Shown here one piece after another: positions 41,622 through 57,663 of a stretch of 64,000 nucleotides of DNA. The DNA is from the human T2T-CHM13v2.0 reference genome, Homo sapiens. The notes beneath the pieces are model-generated. The model was not told where the DNA came from. It saw only the letters and a program-made list of their open reading frames with translations, and did not search any database. The position numbers and the translations under genes are program-made. Where the stretch lies: assembly GCF_009914755.1 (NCBI RefSeq), contig NC_060928.1. One strand, 5' to 3'. The first letter of the stretch is position 1. Every line of letters begins with the position of its first letter.

Positions 41622-43200
41622 TTTAATGACAATGTAAAACTTTCCTGTATGTCTGTCATAAAATAAAATAGTACATTTTAAATAATTAGGTTTTTTCAAA
41701 GTAATGTCATTTTTGTCATTATTAATTAAGACTTTAACATATTTTTCAAATAACTTTTTTTATTTTCTCAAACAAAAGGACTAAATTCCAGAAAAAGTAC
41801 ATGAAGCCTTATTCATAAAGTAAACAAGCAAAATTTTATGAACATTTTCAAGTCGAAATCATCATATATATTTTAGATTATATTTGCAACTCTGAATTAC
41901 AAAATAGTTTTTATTATCTCAGTGATATTTTCCCCATCTCTTATATACATAAAATGTATCTCAATTTGAAGAAAAATAAACTGGAGTGCATATTGTTATT
42001 ATAAAATAAATATCAATAAGTTATAAAATTATAAATCAATACCACCAATTTATCCTTGTAAAAATTGTAATAGAAATGCTCATGAAACATACAAGAGCAA
42101 AATTATTTTACTCTAAAATATTGTTCAAATAAAATTATCTATAAAACCTTCATTGCAGTTTGGTTGACTCAAGATGCAATTTAGAAAAGAACTTCAGAAA
42201 GCAAAGTAATGTAGAAAATACATAATTAGAAATCCCAATGCATAAAACATCTTTTAGTCTCTTGTTAATAAAAAAAAAAAACACTCAGAAGATCTACATT
42301 AAACGTGATATTAACGTAAAATCATTCAACTTGATGGAGGAAAATGTAAAGATTGTGACAGTCAAAAGGGCATTGCCCTGGGTGGATTAAATTTAGTGAG
42401 ACTAAAACATTTAACAGTTAAATAGCTTTTCAGAGATTGTTGAATGTCAAATGTCTCTGGGCTGTCAATTTGCTTAGTTCATTCAAGGGTGAATGAGTCA
42501 AATATGCAATAATATCTATGTTCTCTTGATTTATTAGTTATTTGGAATTTGTTTTTAAAAAGTAGTAACAAAATGCTTAGGTAAATTCATAAGGCAAACA
42601 TTCATATAGTGAGTTCCATCATATACTTGCGAGTGTCATTCCCAGTAAATATAATATGTGGGACACAAAGAAGAAACATGACTACATGCTTTGTTGAAAA
42701 TCTTATTATCCTAAGAACTATCCATTAATTTAACGAGTATATAAAACATTCCTACTGTACTTAACTTTCAGAATTGTGTTTTAGTTTTGAATTTTATACT
42801 CAGAAACTGTAAAAGTAATCTATTGCTTTCTGTAAATATTAAATTATAGTCGTTTTTATTACCTATTGTGGTATGTGTTTTCTTTTCTTCTCTTTTTTCC
42901 TAGATCACATAATGATTAAGAGATATTTCTACCAGAGTAAGTCACTAATGCATTCCCAGGAGTGGACTTATTTCCTCCTCCAGCTGGCCTCTTCCAGCTT
43001 CTCTACAGCACTGGATCTTCTACCAGTCTTTCCTTTGTCTCTGTAACTTCACCATCCAGGTAAAGTCTTGTGTAATATCCCCGTCAAGGCAGTACCAATA
43101 AACCTCTCTCTTGCATTGCCCACATCTGGTCTACAGCAATCAAACTCTTTGCTCTCTAATACCCAGTGACAACTTCTGTCTGAATATGAAGTCTGCACCT

Positions 43201-43776
43201 TGTATGAGTCAGGGTTCTTTTGTGAAGCAGAACTAATAGGATATATGTATACACATATATAGGATGGATTTTTTTATGGGAATTAGCTCCCATGTTTATG
43301 GTGACAGAATTCCCACAATATGCCATCTGTGAGCTAGAGAGCCAGAAAAGCCAGTGGCATAATTCAGTCTGAGTTTGAAGGCCTGAGATCCAGAAGAGCC
43401 AATGGTGTAACTGTCAGTCCAAGGCTGAAGACCTGGGAGGGGGACTGGGTTGGGGTAAGGTAGGGGACACTGCTGTAAGTCCAGGAGACTGAAGGTCTGA
43501 GAACCAGGAGCTCTGATGCCCAAGGACATGACAAGATGGATGCCCCAGCTCAAGAAGAGAGAGAAAAATTCACCCTTCCTCCACCTTTTTATTTTATCTG
43601 GCTATCAGCAAATTGAATGATTCAGCCTACATCAGCGAGGGCTGATCTTCTATACTCAGTACGCTGATTCAAATGCTAATCTCTTCCAGAAATGCTTTCA
43701 CAGACACACCGAGAAATAATGTTTTACCAGGTAATTGGGCAGCCAGTCATGTTGACACGTAAAATTAACCATTACA
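43201..43776 (-). mobile_element. MLT2B-like (HERV-L) solo LTR
   Basis: TGTATGAGTCAGGGTTCT..CAGAACTAATAGGATA start; GATTCAAATGCTAATCTCTTCCAGAAA; GTTGACACGTAAAATTAACCATTACA end. Confidence 0.92.
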
Positions 43777-44584
43777 CTCCCAGTACAGCCCACCGTCTCT
43801 TGACGCTCTGACACTTCAGGCTGCTTCAGCTTTAGCTTCTCACATTATTCCTTATGCTACCCAATGTTCAGGTAGACCTGATAAAATCCTCTCTCACTCA
43901 GCCTTATGTATGGTAGAAGCAATTCTCCAGCCTTCCGTACAAGAGGGTGAAAGATATTTCATAAGCATTTATAAAGGATTGTTCTCCTTCCTAATTTTTT
44001 TAACTCAGATCACGTTAAAAGCTAAGAGCTGGTGTTCACTAAATTTGACAGGTTGTCTTTCATAATCTTATAGTGTACCCTGCATAAATATCCAGACACT
44101 CACTATAGGATATCAGGTACTTGGCCCTACTTAATTGTCCTCAGCCTCTAAAACATTGTCAAAATTCTCGGCTACAAACTGAAGACATAAAAGTAACATT
44201 CTGTTACAAATGTTATAACATGCATAAGAAATCAGTAAACTCTTTCTATGGTAACTGAGTCATTAAAGCATAAATTAAACATGCATTTTACCTTTGAGTT
44301 TAAAATAAATGGGAAATACCTTAAAAATATTATCTTTTATGTTGCACACATTACCTTGTCTTATTTTCTTCAGTCATAAAATTATACATAAAACTAGTTT
44401 GCATAAGAATACAAACAGAAATAATAAGTACCATAGCATTAATCAATAATTTTACTGACGATATCCTAGGCAAAATTATGGATTATATTACATTATCTGG
44501 TTAATTACAAACCAGTCTTAATATTTAAGATTAAACATTGATATCACTCAAAATTGGGACTGATAAAATTTTCTTGAGAATCTA

Positions 44585-44663
44585 TTAGGTTGGTGAAAAA
44601 GTAATTGCATTTTTTGCCATAAAAGTAATGACAGAAAATGCAATAACTTTTGTACCAACCTAA
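44585..44663. mobile_element. MADE1 MITE, full length with TA TSDs
   Basis: TA-TTAGGTTGGTG...TACCAACCTAA-TA; 36-bp arms with 5 mismatches. Confidence 0.95.
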
Positions 44664-45082
44664 TAATTATTGTCATAAAAGTTCTTACAATTACATAAAA
44701 TGTGGTCCAAATATAGTTTAGTATTAATGTTGATGCTGCATTTCAATGAGCTTCATTCAGTCTGCCTTTATTCATTTTCATTTTTTTTTTTAGTTAAATT
44801 TGAGTTTTCTACATTTTGGTGAATTGTGCCTCAGTGGGAAGACTGTTACTGCAGTGAATTTAGAAGCTGTTTTCATTTTACTCTTTTTCTGAAACGCTTT
44901 TGCTTTAGAAATTTTTTTCCAGCAGATTTTGTTGAATCATATGTCATTTTTGAGGTCATTAATGGCCCATTAATGTTTATTATAAAAACAGTTCATAATT
45001 GATAGCATAGTTAAATTAATAGATCTCATATGTGTATTAATTGTTCTCATTTTTCTATACTTCCATTATTTCCCAACAACAT

Positions 45083-45833
45083 TTTAAACTGAAGAATGAT
45101 CAAGTTCATAAATTTGAAAAGGAGAGTTTTATTGCTCATAAAGAGTTGCAGCCTACAGGGTGGCCACTCTGAAAGACTGGGAATTGGAGCTTCCAGCCAG
45201 AAGCCAGCAACAGACCCTGGGAAAAGTAGACCACAGCAAGAAGCCAACCAAACACTTCAAGAGAGGGGCAAAGGGAACAGAAATGCTGAGCAAAGTGGCA
45301 GCATATACATATTTAATAAACTATAGGAGGAGTCATGATTATTTATAACAGGAGAAATGTGCACATGCACAATCAAGTTTCATGCCCCTTCTTGGGACCC
45401 AGGATCAAAAAATGGCAGAGTTAGCATAATCCAAGTGTGGAGTTTTCTGTCCTCTAACATCAAATGATGAAGCATAGGATACGAGAACCCTTCCTGCACA
45501 GTCTCCATAGACTTGCCATGACCACCCGATGGTCCATAGACTCTTAGGAAAAAATGCTGCTTGGTTGTTGTGCTGAAACTACAAAAGGGAGGGGTAGCAT
45601 CAGGCAGTTGGTTGACATCAATGGTAGTCTCACAATAGGGGTGGTTTCTGTTTAGCCCTTAGGGAAGAAAGCCTAAGAGTAGCTGGCAAGGAAGGGGGTA
45701 TATGGAAACCTGTCTGACCTCCCATTTCATCCTTGCCAGTAACTCAGGTTTCAAGTTTACTCTGGGGACCCCTTGGGAAAGAGGGGTTCTGTTCAGTCAG
45801 TTGGGGGGCTTAGGATTTTGTTTTTATTTCTCA
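45083..45833 (-). mobile_element. ERV1 solo LTR, MER39-like
   Basis: Minus strand starts TGAGAAATAAAAACAAAATCCTAAGCCCCCCAACTGACTGAAC; 4-bp TSD ACAT at 45079-45082 and 45834-45837. Confidence 0.82.
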
Positions 45834-47899
45834 ACATATATTACCTACTTATATTCTTAATCATTATTTTCTATTCTCAAAATGTTTGCTTTATTTACTC
45901 TTCATAGGGGCCTATGTATTGAGCATTTTTTCCCGCTAGTTTCTGACAACTGTGTTTATGACAAACCTGGATATTTACTGACTACTGACAATTTCTTTGT
46001 TCCATATTATTAACTAATTATGTCATACTTTGCCTTTAGGCATATAATTTAAAAAGTCAACTCACGTTTAACAATCATATTATTTGTACCACGTATTGTG
46101 GAGCTATAACAATAATAAAAATGCTATTTTCCTTTAAGGAACACATAAATTGGAAGGTGAATTTTAATATATACATTTGAAATTATCAGATTATCCGTGT
46201 ATAGTTTGTCCTTGTTATTAAATTGATAAGTTAATTAATTTTTTAAATATATACATAGATATATATGTATTACTGGTTAATTCATTGGTCAATTAGTCAT
46301 ATCTTTATTTTATTGAAATATTTTCAAACCAGGGCTTTTACAAATATCCATACATTCTCTTTGTTACACAAAATTGATTATTTTTCTTTAAATTTACTTG
46401 AGATGAAACATTTTTAAAAGTTTCTACTAAAAGTAAAAGCATTAATTGTACAATTTCCCTTATCTTTATCAGTTTCGCTCCTCTCATGTGAAAAAAAGTT
46501 ATAATTGATATTTTTAAAAGTGGCATGCTGTTTACTTTGGGACTTGAAAAATAAAATAGCTAAGTTCCCTGATTCATTAAATTTAATCATAGGTAAAGCA
46601 CTTACTTCTCACCCCATGAGTAACAGCTTATGTCGAATCACCACTATCTTCCTCATACAAGCAAGGAAAGTCACTACAGCTATCTTTTGCAGAATTAAAC
46701 AAAACACATATTCTTGCCAATGTATTTCTGACTCCTAATTTTAATGTATTAAAATGCTTAAAAGCTGTTTTTAACAAGGAGAAAATATTGAGAAATAGTA
46801 AAATTTGGTAAGATATATACAAAAGTACTTTTGTTTTTCTTAAAAATGTCTTTATAAAATTATGAAGCTTAAAATTTTGAGAGATTAAATGGTTATGACC
46901 TCCTGGTTTCAGAGAGGTAAGTTTCAGAGCCCTCTGATCTCTGAAGTTGTCTTATATTCTGTCTCCTGTCCCCCTCAGCATACTTCCCTGCTTTCAATTC
47001 AGGAACAAAAAAAAAAAAAAAAGAAGAAAGAAAAGAAAATTAGGCATTGGTAGACGTATTAAATGATTTATTATATTGACAGTGAAATTAAATATTTTCT
47101 TATTTTTCTTCATTCTTAAATGGTCGAGAGGAGGAAATTTGTCAGTATTTTTCCTCAGTAATTTGATAAGTAGAAAATAGGTAGATATTACTGATACATT
47201 GTATTTTCAAAGTCCATGTACCCATGTAAAGTACATAGAAATATATACATGTGCATGCATAACACACATGTATTAGTTCAAGATGTTGTATTTAACATTT
47301 TCTGCTTAATTATTTTAATATATAGGAACTTAAGGAGGGTAACAATTTCAAGTCCTGGGTTGAACTCTAATTTCCCATAGTTTATTAGTGAGAAACTACC
47401 TTCCAGATCCCATTGTGATTTCCTAAAATGAATGAAAAGAAGGCTGATTTTAGTATCCAAATTCAAGGATTATGTATTTCATGAAAATAATAAGTGGATA
47501 ATCTTAGAAAAATTAGTCAAAATGTTAAGAAAAAATAATACACAATGGTGTCCTGAATATGTTATTTCTTTTTTGAAATAGGTATTAATGCAGATACTAT
47601 AGTCTGAGTGTTGGCATTTTCTCACATGAAGAATGAGATATGCCCTCAGGTTGCCATCAAATGCAGCCAAACATAGAATTTGTCTTGCTTTGCATGAAGC
47701 ACAGTGATACTTTCTCAAATATTAAAAAAGACAACAGATGGTGAAACTTTAAGCTAGGCATGTTAAGCTTCTGACACATCTTCAGAACATTTTTGCCTAA
47801 TTTTCTTTAAATATAGATCGGGATAAACATATATATTTGATGAATAAGCATTTTTCTTATGGCTTTTTAATTAATAAATAATTAAGTGCTGATAGAAAT

Positions 47900-48020
47900 T
47901 GCAGCAAGCCACCATGGCACGTGTATACCTATGTAACAAACTTGTACATTCTGCACATGTATCCCAGAACTTAAAGTGTACATATATATATATACACACA
48001 CACACATATATATATATAAA
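47900..48020 (+). mobile_element. Very short L1PA 3' tip with tail converted to (TA)/(CA) microsatellite
   Basis: CACCATGGCACGTGTATACCTATGTAACAAAC..CACATGTATCCCAGAACTTAAAGT. Confidence 0.9.
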
Positions 48021-48807
48021 ACACATAAGCCTCCCAGATTGCAGTCACTTCAGCAATTCAGATGCTCATATATAATCTTCTATAAAATATCTGTTTTAAA
48101 CACACCTATTATTGAAAAGATTTTGTTTAGTGCTTTACTTTTTAAATCATCCAGTATGAGTGAATTGAGGTTATAACCCTGAAGTGTTTATTTGAAGAAT
48201 TCTTAACCGTTAACACCATGAAATTAATTACTTAGACTAAAAGACAGGTAAAATATTTTGGCGTGAATGAAATTCATGACCTTTTAGATTGCTTTCCTTA
48301 GGGTCAGACCTTCACTGAACAATTATACAACTTTTCCAGTTGGTTTTAGAAGAATAATTGCTATTATGGTAGCTCAGAGAAGCTTTTATTCAAAAGTAAA
48401 AGTAAGGCATTTTGTTAATATAAAATGATAAAATTATAATAAATTTATTTTTTGAAACTGAATGAGTTGATTTGTTATGGTAATTTCAAATATTTGGAAA
48501 TCTCTAGATTTTAAGCTTCCTTCTCCATATTACAAATGTCAGGTCTTAACTACTATGTAAATAGATGAACATTTTGTTTTACAATTCTCTAATTTTGACT
48601 TGTGTGAACATTTATAAACATTTATAGTATGTTTAGAAAATTTAAAATTTTGTGTTTTACATGCAAATAATTTCAAAACTAGCTTAATAAACTAAATTTT
48701 ATGCAAATATATAGTATTATTTATACTGTGTTAATTCTTGCAAAATAATAACCTAATATTTCACAATATTACAAAAATTTATTTTAACACATTCATGGTT
48801 CAACTAT

Positions 48808-49366
<559 letters not shown>

Positions 49367-50667
49367 GCATATATATTTCTATAGAAGAAATGTGGACTAT
49401 GTAATACTTCCTCAGAAGTATTTAACTTCAAGAAGACTAAATGCCTGCTTTCATACTAAAATTTTATATAGTTATAATATCATTGACATAAATAATATTA
49501 ATCTTGATTAGCATTATACAATTTGTTTTTAGTTGATATTTATTAAGATATCTCTTGTCAGAATTGGCTACCATATGTAGTAAAATTTTAAAATCTCGAT
49601 TTTTTTCTTGGTCCTATAAAACACCAAATTTGTAGTCAGAGGTCTTTAAATTTTGAAAGTGCTGTTTTAAGGTTAGATATGTTAATTATGCTGTATTGTT
49701 CTTTAAAGCAATATTATAACCATTCTAATTTGGAAAAGAGTAGGAATATAACTGTAAGATACAGAACTGTAAAATAATAGAATTCATTGTCATTGAAATA
49801 CTTTCTATAGAGGCTCAGTGACCTCACATCAAATTTTCAATTAGAGAATATTCTTAGTAAGCATGGGGATGAACAGATGGATCTGGGTCCCTTTCAATTC
49901 TGAGTAATTTTCAACCCCACCGGATTCTCATTATTTCTATAATCTGTATCAAATATGTACAGACTTCTGGAGGCAAAGGTATGCAATTAGTGTTTTTAGA
50001 TGCCAATGTTGTTAGGTGCCATTGACTAATTTACCACTGATTTTCAAGGTTATGGGTAGGTGTTCCACTTCTGAAATCCTTTTTATATGAAGAAATAATC
50101 CTTATGACAACAAATTTCCTGCTTCTTTACTGATGGTGTTTCTCAGCCTTATCACTTTAAGGCCTCTTCACTACTAGGTAGGAAGAGATTTTGGCAACCC
50201 AGTCCACTAGAATTATCATGCTCTAGTCACTGGGACTCTGTTACATTTTCCTTTTTGTTCCCCATTCAGAAGAAAAACCCTTTGGATTCATGCTTCTAGG
50301 GTCTACCATGTGTAGTTTTTCATAGAATATAATGCAGCCTAAGTATAATATTCTCAACTGTTTTGAATAAAATAAAAGAATAAACCAACAAAATGAGAAG
50401 GTGAGTGACAAGGCATGAGGCAAGGAGAGAGATTCAGCAATAATCTGAGAAAGCCACAGCCAGAGAATTATTGGAGACTGAAAAATGGAAAAAGAAATCT
50501 GCTGAAAATCAAAAAGCCTGTACTCCTGTTAATACACAAGTAATAATAAATTCACATAATCAGCAACTTCCCAGCAATATACCCATCTTACCTAAACCTA
50601 GTCCTACTTTCATTTCCTCATTTGGCAGAAATACACAGGAAAATAGAGGCATTTAGATTAAATTTCT

Positions 50668-50900
50668 TTCCTTCCTTCTTTCCTTCTTTCCTTCCTTCCT
50701 TCCTTCCTTTCTTCCTTCATTTTTCTTAGAGACAAGGTCTCACTATATTACCCATGCTGTAGTAATATGGTTATTCACACGTGTGATCATAGTACGATAC
50801 ACAGTACAATACATAGCATTGAACTCCTTGCTTAAGGGATCCTCCTGCCTCAGCCAACCAAGCAGGCAGGATGACAGTCACGCACTACCACTGCAAGTGA
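50668..50900 (-). mobile_element. FAM (fossil Alu monomer) with (TTCC)n tail
   Basis: FAM/7SL-specific TATTCACA..GTGATCATAG segment; TSD TTAAATTTCT at 50658-50667 and 50903-50912. Confidence 0.8.
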
Positions 50901-51167
50901 GCTTAAATTTCTATTGGGTAATCTTCTCTGGCTCTATTCAAAATGATTCATTGACGGTACTATTTCAAGTATTTTAACACATTTTTTTCTTAACTAGTCT
51001 TAACATACAATAGTAACAATATTTAATTTATAAAAATACTACCTGAAAACGTGTGTTTTAATGTTATTATTTGTTGTTGACATATTTTAAGGACTATAAA
51101 ACAGAAAGCGTGTCACCAACTGTTTAAGGTTCAAACATAAATTTTCTCTGAAAATTATATAAGAATA

Positions 51168-52729
<1,562 letters not shown>

Positions 52730-52743
52730 AGAATATATTTCTT

Positions 52744-53204
<461 letters not shown>

Positions 53205-53889
53205 TCAAAATTGAACAGATACACAAAATCAATTTAAATATTTTGATGAAAAGTAAAATAACATTGCTTGTCATAGAAAAAATCAAAGACCCATTAAATA
53301 TTAAGTTCAAGGTTATAATCTTTAGTTATAAAACCACTAAGGCCCTATGTATCAACATTTATTCTCAATGAATTTATTTTTTAAGGTATTAGAATAAAAT
53401 TTCAATATAAGTTAATAAAAATCATGTTTATGAATCTTTAAAAATTTTCATCAAAATTCAGAGCAATAAAGCTAACAAATATTTTGAGAAATAGGAATAA
53501 TACATCTGAATTCAATATTATTTTACTTCTTATGAATAAAATAACCTAAGAAGTATGTCTGACACTTATCCTAGGAAGAATACCTGCTATATTAGGTGAC
53601 ACAATGCCAATGCACAGCCCCCTAAATACAGGAAGCTATAGAAGAAAATATTTAAATCATGATTACTATAAAATTTTCATGTAAATTGATATAACATAAA
53701 ATGTGTTTCTTTTTCTTTCAGTAGCTACCATGCTCAGCACATGGGCTTACCAATGCACCTGAAAGATAAACTCAAGCATAGGGGAAGTCACTATTTATGA
53801 ATAAAATTATAAAATTATAAAGTAAGTTTATTAAATATTTATTTTGAAGATGTTTTGTTAAAATATTTTCTTCTTAAATAACATCCATT

Positions 53890-54130
53890 TTAATTCATTC
53901 AAGAAGCATTTAAATGGTAACTGCTATATACCAGATTTAGGCTAAATATTAGCGATATAAATATAGAAAGTACAAATATATTTTAGAACTAACTCCCTTC
54001 AGAGAGCATTCTATTGGAAGAATTAAATGTAAACAGATAATTAGAAAAAAATAGAATGTTAAAACATTTATAAATAGTAAATTATGGGAGCACCTAATAA
54101 CAGCCTTATGGAATACATGAAGAAATACTG
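53890..54130 (-). mobile_element. L2 3' end relic
   Basis: TTCATTCAAGAAGCATTTA..ACTGCTATATACCAG..CCCTTCAGAGAGC..TATGGGAGCAC. Confidence 0.6.
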
Positions 54131-54538
54131 TGTGAAAGAGCTCAGGATGATTGTTTTAGGAATCATATTCTTCCAATTATTAGGTAGCACCTTGATTGTA
54201 ACTAAGATCAACATTCATAGAGACATATTGTGGCATAACATTTAAAAGCCTGGGCACTGGTTTGATTCAAATCCTTTTGTCAATTCATTGTGTCCATGTT
54301 CTAAAATTTTCTCCACCACATGAACCCTTCACATGTATTCACAATGTATTACCAGAAGTGACCTGACTGGTCAGTCTATAGTTTGATAATGATTCATTTT
54401 GTGCTATGCTGCAAGATATTTACCCAACAAGGACAATGAAAACTTCAATGCAAAGAAAGGGATCAATTAGTTTCTTCTAGCATGTCAACATAAAACTCAA
54501 AGGGAAAATAAGTAATATTTGTTGCTGTAATTGTTGTA

Positions 54539-54861
54539 TAGTCATGAACCACATGACGTCAATAACAGACCACATAGATGAAAGTGGTCCCATAAGATTA
54601 TAATTTTGTATTTTTACTGTACCTCTTTTAATGTTTAGATACGTTTAGATATACAAATACTTATTGGATTACAATTGTTTACAGCATTCAGTACAGTAAT
54701 ATGCTGCACAGGTTTGTAGCCTAGGGGTAACAGGCTGTACCATATAGCCTAGGTATGTAGTAGGTTATAACATGTAGGTTTGTGTAGCTATACTCTATGA
54801 TGTTTGCACAGTGATGAAATATATTTCTCAATACACAACTGGGATAAGTCACAAATGACTG
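54539..54861 (-). mobile_element. Tigger3a/MER7A-like MITE
   Basis: TA-(C/T)AGTCATG ... ATGACTG-TA termini; internal GGTCCCATAAGATTATAAT and CAGGTTTGTAGCCTAGG. Confidence 0.9.
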
Positions 54862-55882
54862 TATTTTGATTTGTGAGGGAGTAGAAATGTAGAGAGTACT
54901 TTGAAAAGATGAAGCCCCATAACAGAAATTCATAAATTACTATTTTTTGTTACAGTTTATTATAACTGTTCTTAAAATTATTATGCTTGATAACAAAACA
55001 TGTCATTAAAATAATAGCTTACTCCATAGGGCTGCTTTGTATCATGAATAAGATTTCAGTTCTAATCTCTATAAGACCCAGTATATCACAATTCCTCCTC
55101 TTAGTGTTACATATTTTCTGCCACTGTTAATAATTAGTGAAGTTTAGTCTTATCAAACAAATTCTGGTTTTTCTTCTTCCAATGTTTACCAGTAAAATTA
55201 ATGCACCTCCTATTACTAATTATTTGAACAACCAAAAGTGTCTCATGAATGTAGGAAATAAATTTATGAAAGAAAAGATGATGAAGTATAGTTATGGAGA
55301 CAATACAGAATATTGAGAAGATATACATAAATTTTTGGAAAGTACTGTTTATCTGAAATTTAAGTCTATGAATTTATAAGAGTTCTAGAAAATTTGTTTT
55401 AAATTATTGACTGAATCTATGATTTTGCTTGTTTAACAGTAACTTGTACATATCCTCAGAAACTTAAATAACACTATAAAGTTCATGAAAAGTAAGACCA
55501 TGACATGGGTTAATAACATCCTCGGCGAGGTCTTTTGCATAATGCTTCAGTGGTTTTGTTTGGTAGTTGTTTAAATTTAAATCTGTGAATAGTTAGGGTG
55601 TTTGTAAAACAGTGAATTCACTGCTTACTTAGAGAATATAGATAAAATTGAAATGTGGTTCTCATTCAGGGTATAACCAAAAGAAATTTATTCTACATTT
55701 TTAAAATTGAAAAAGCAGAAGGAATAAAGTTTTTATCAGCATACCTCATTCATATAACATCAAGGTGACATGATGTCATATTAATTTAACACACATTTAT
55801 GAAAAATGTACAATATCTCAAACACCATTGCGTGTATACTGTCGACTGGTATGTCAATCTTCAAATAACAAAAACAGGGCTT

Positions 55883-55963
55883 ATACTCAAGAGGCTGAGG
55901 CAGGAGAATCACTTGAGCCAAGCAATTTGAGGCTAGCCTAGGTAACACTAAAGATTCCATCTC

Positions 55964-55995
<32 letters not shown>

Positions 55996-56003
55996 TAATA
56001 ATA
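55883..56003 (+). mobile_element. FLAM-type Alu monomer fragment with (AAT)n tail
   Basis: GAGGCTGAGGCAGGAGAATCACTTGAGCC..TAGCCTAGGTAAC..CCATCTC followed by (AAT)n. Confidence 0.8.
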
Positions 56004-57584
56004 AACAAAGTTCAGGCAATGGTGATGTGAGGCTCCAACTGCAGGTGCTGCTGTGCTGATTCCTCTGCCATTATTTGAAGTATGTATGCAATCTAGATTC
56101 ACAGTTTTAAAATGCAGTTTTCATGTTTCAACAATGCGTTTAAGTTATGTTTTTTCTTTCTTGTTTTTCCCTTGTTACATTTCTTCCCTCAAGAGAAGAA
56201 ACACTGATTTTCTAAACTGGTTTCATTGATTAGTTTGAGGAAAAATGAGTTTTCTGGTTTTAGGGCAAAGCAGAAGAGTCATTTGTTAAATTAGGCATTT
56301 GCCTAATAGATATAGGAGGATCAGCAAGATTAAGGTCATGTATCTTTTCTTGTTGTCAGATAATGTGTTAAATAAAATCAAAGGGATGATAAACAAGGAT
56401 AATTGCAGAGAAAAGGATTCCCTTAGGGTTTAATTCAGAAACTTTCTAAAATGTAAATTTTCAGGGTGGACAATCAAAATCTTCTTTGAGGTAGCTAATG
56501 GGATAAGTAAGATCATCATTTTCAGAGTATTAAAATACTCTATTCACTAGTTTTAAGAAAAATGATAAAATATATTTATGTTAGAATTCTGACCTGTGTG
56601 TATGTTTACAGGTGTCTTATGAAGTTATTTGTGGCAAAAGCCAATATCCTATTACAAAGAAACTAATCTCAGTCTAGTTAGGTCAAACAAAAACATCATA
56701 TTAGAAAGCAGAAATATACAAAACTCAGATCAACAGAAATTTCAAAAATTTGGAAAAATAGAAGGATTAAATTACTTAAACTAGATGGAAAACAAATTTG
56801 ATCTATATTGCCATAAAACATATGGTGTAAGCATAAAAAGAAAACCTTAAAAGGCTTGCCTAAGTAAAAGATAGAAAAGGCAATGAAGAATAAGAACAAA
56901 TAACAATTTTTACTTAGGCAAATAATTTGTTGCTTTATTTATAGAAAATTAGATCTGTTTGATGATAGTGCTAATCAGAACTTACAATATTTTTAGAAAA
57001 AAATCTTCAAGAAAATCTAGGGACAAGATATAAAATTAAAATCATAAAAAATCAAAACAGACTAAGATTATAAAAGAGCTAATGAATAGCAAAATTATGT
57101 TTATGTCTTATACTTGAATATTGATATGATGAAATAATCCATTATTGAGAAAACAAATTACTTTTTATAATTTTATAACTGAAGAGAGTTGTATTAAGTT
57201 TGAATGCATTTTTTAAGAAGATTGGGAGAAAGATATGCATATGAGAGTTATCATTTTTTATGTGTGATTATAAAACTGAAGTTAAAGTCTATGCTAATAA
57301 AAATAAACATGTAAAGCAATTAATCAATTTTTTAAAATGATTATTGTGTCTAAAATTCAAGGCTGATATGCTATTTTGCTTGCCTTTTATGTTGTGCTTC
57401 ACTGTTATGCAGTTACTTTATACGTATGCCATATTTAATTTTTCCTTTTTCAAATTGACCTGAAAAATTTAATTGTAGTCCTTTATATCAACAAAGCACA
57501 AACATATCCCTGGAATAATGTAATAAGTATTATTTCAGTGACACTTAATATAATTATACTGTTATTGTGCTATTTCTTTCATAG

Positions 57585-57641
57585 GATAAAACAATTCATT
57601 ACCACCAGAGTGAGAAAGCCATGCCATCCAAACCTCAAAAG
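57585..57641 (+). other. Candidate 57-nt internal exon
   Basis: TATTTCTTTCATAG| acceptor and AAG|GTAAGT donor; length divisible by 3; two open frames; motif evidence only. Confidence 0.35.
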
Positions 57642-57663
57642 GTAAGTAAGAAGAAACAGCTAT

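Noticed and set aside
44189-44203. Third copy of AAAAGTAACATTCTG, identical to the TSD at 17578/17773
   Set aside because: No flanking homology; most likely a chance match in AT-rich DNA.
46910-46922. Isolated GAG|GTAAGT donor (and a minus-strand donor at 12689-12696)
   Set aside because: No convincing partner acceptor at exon distance; expected by chance.
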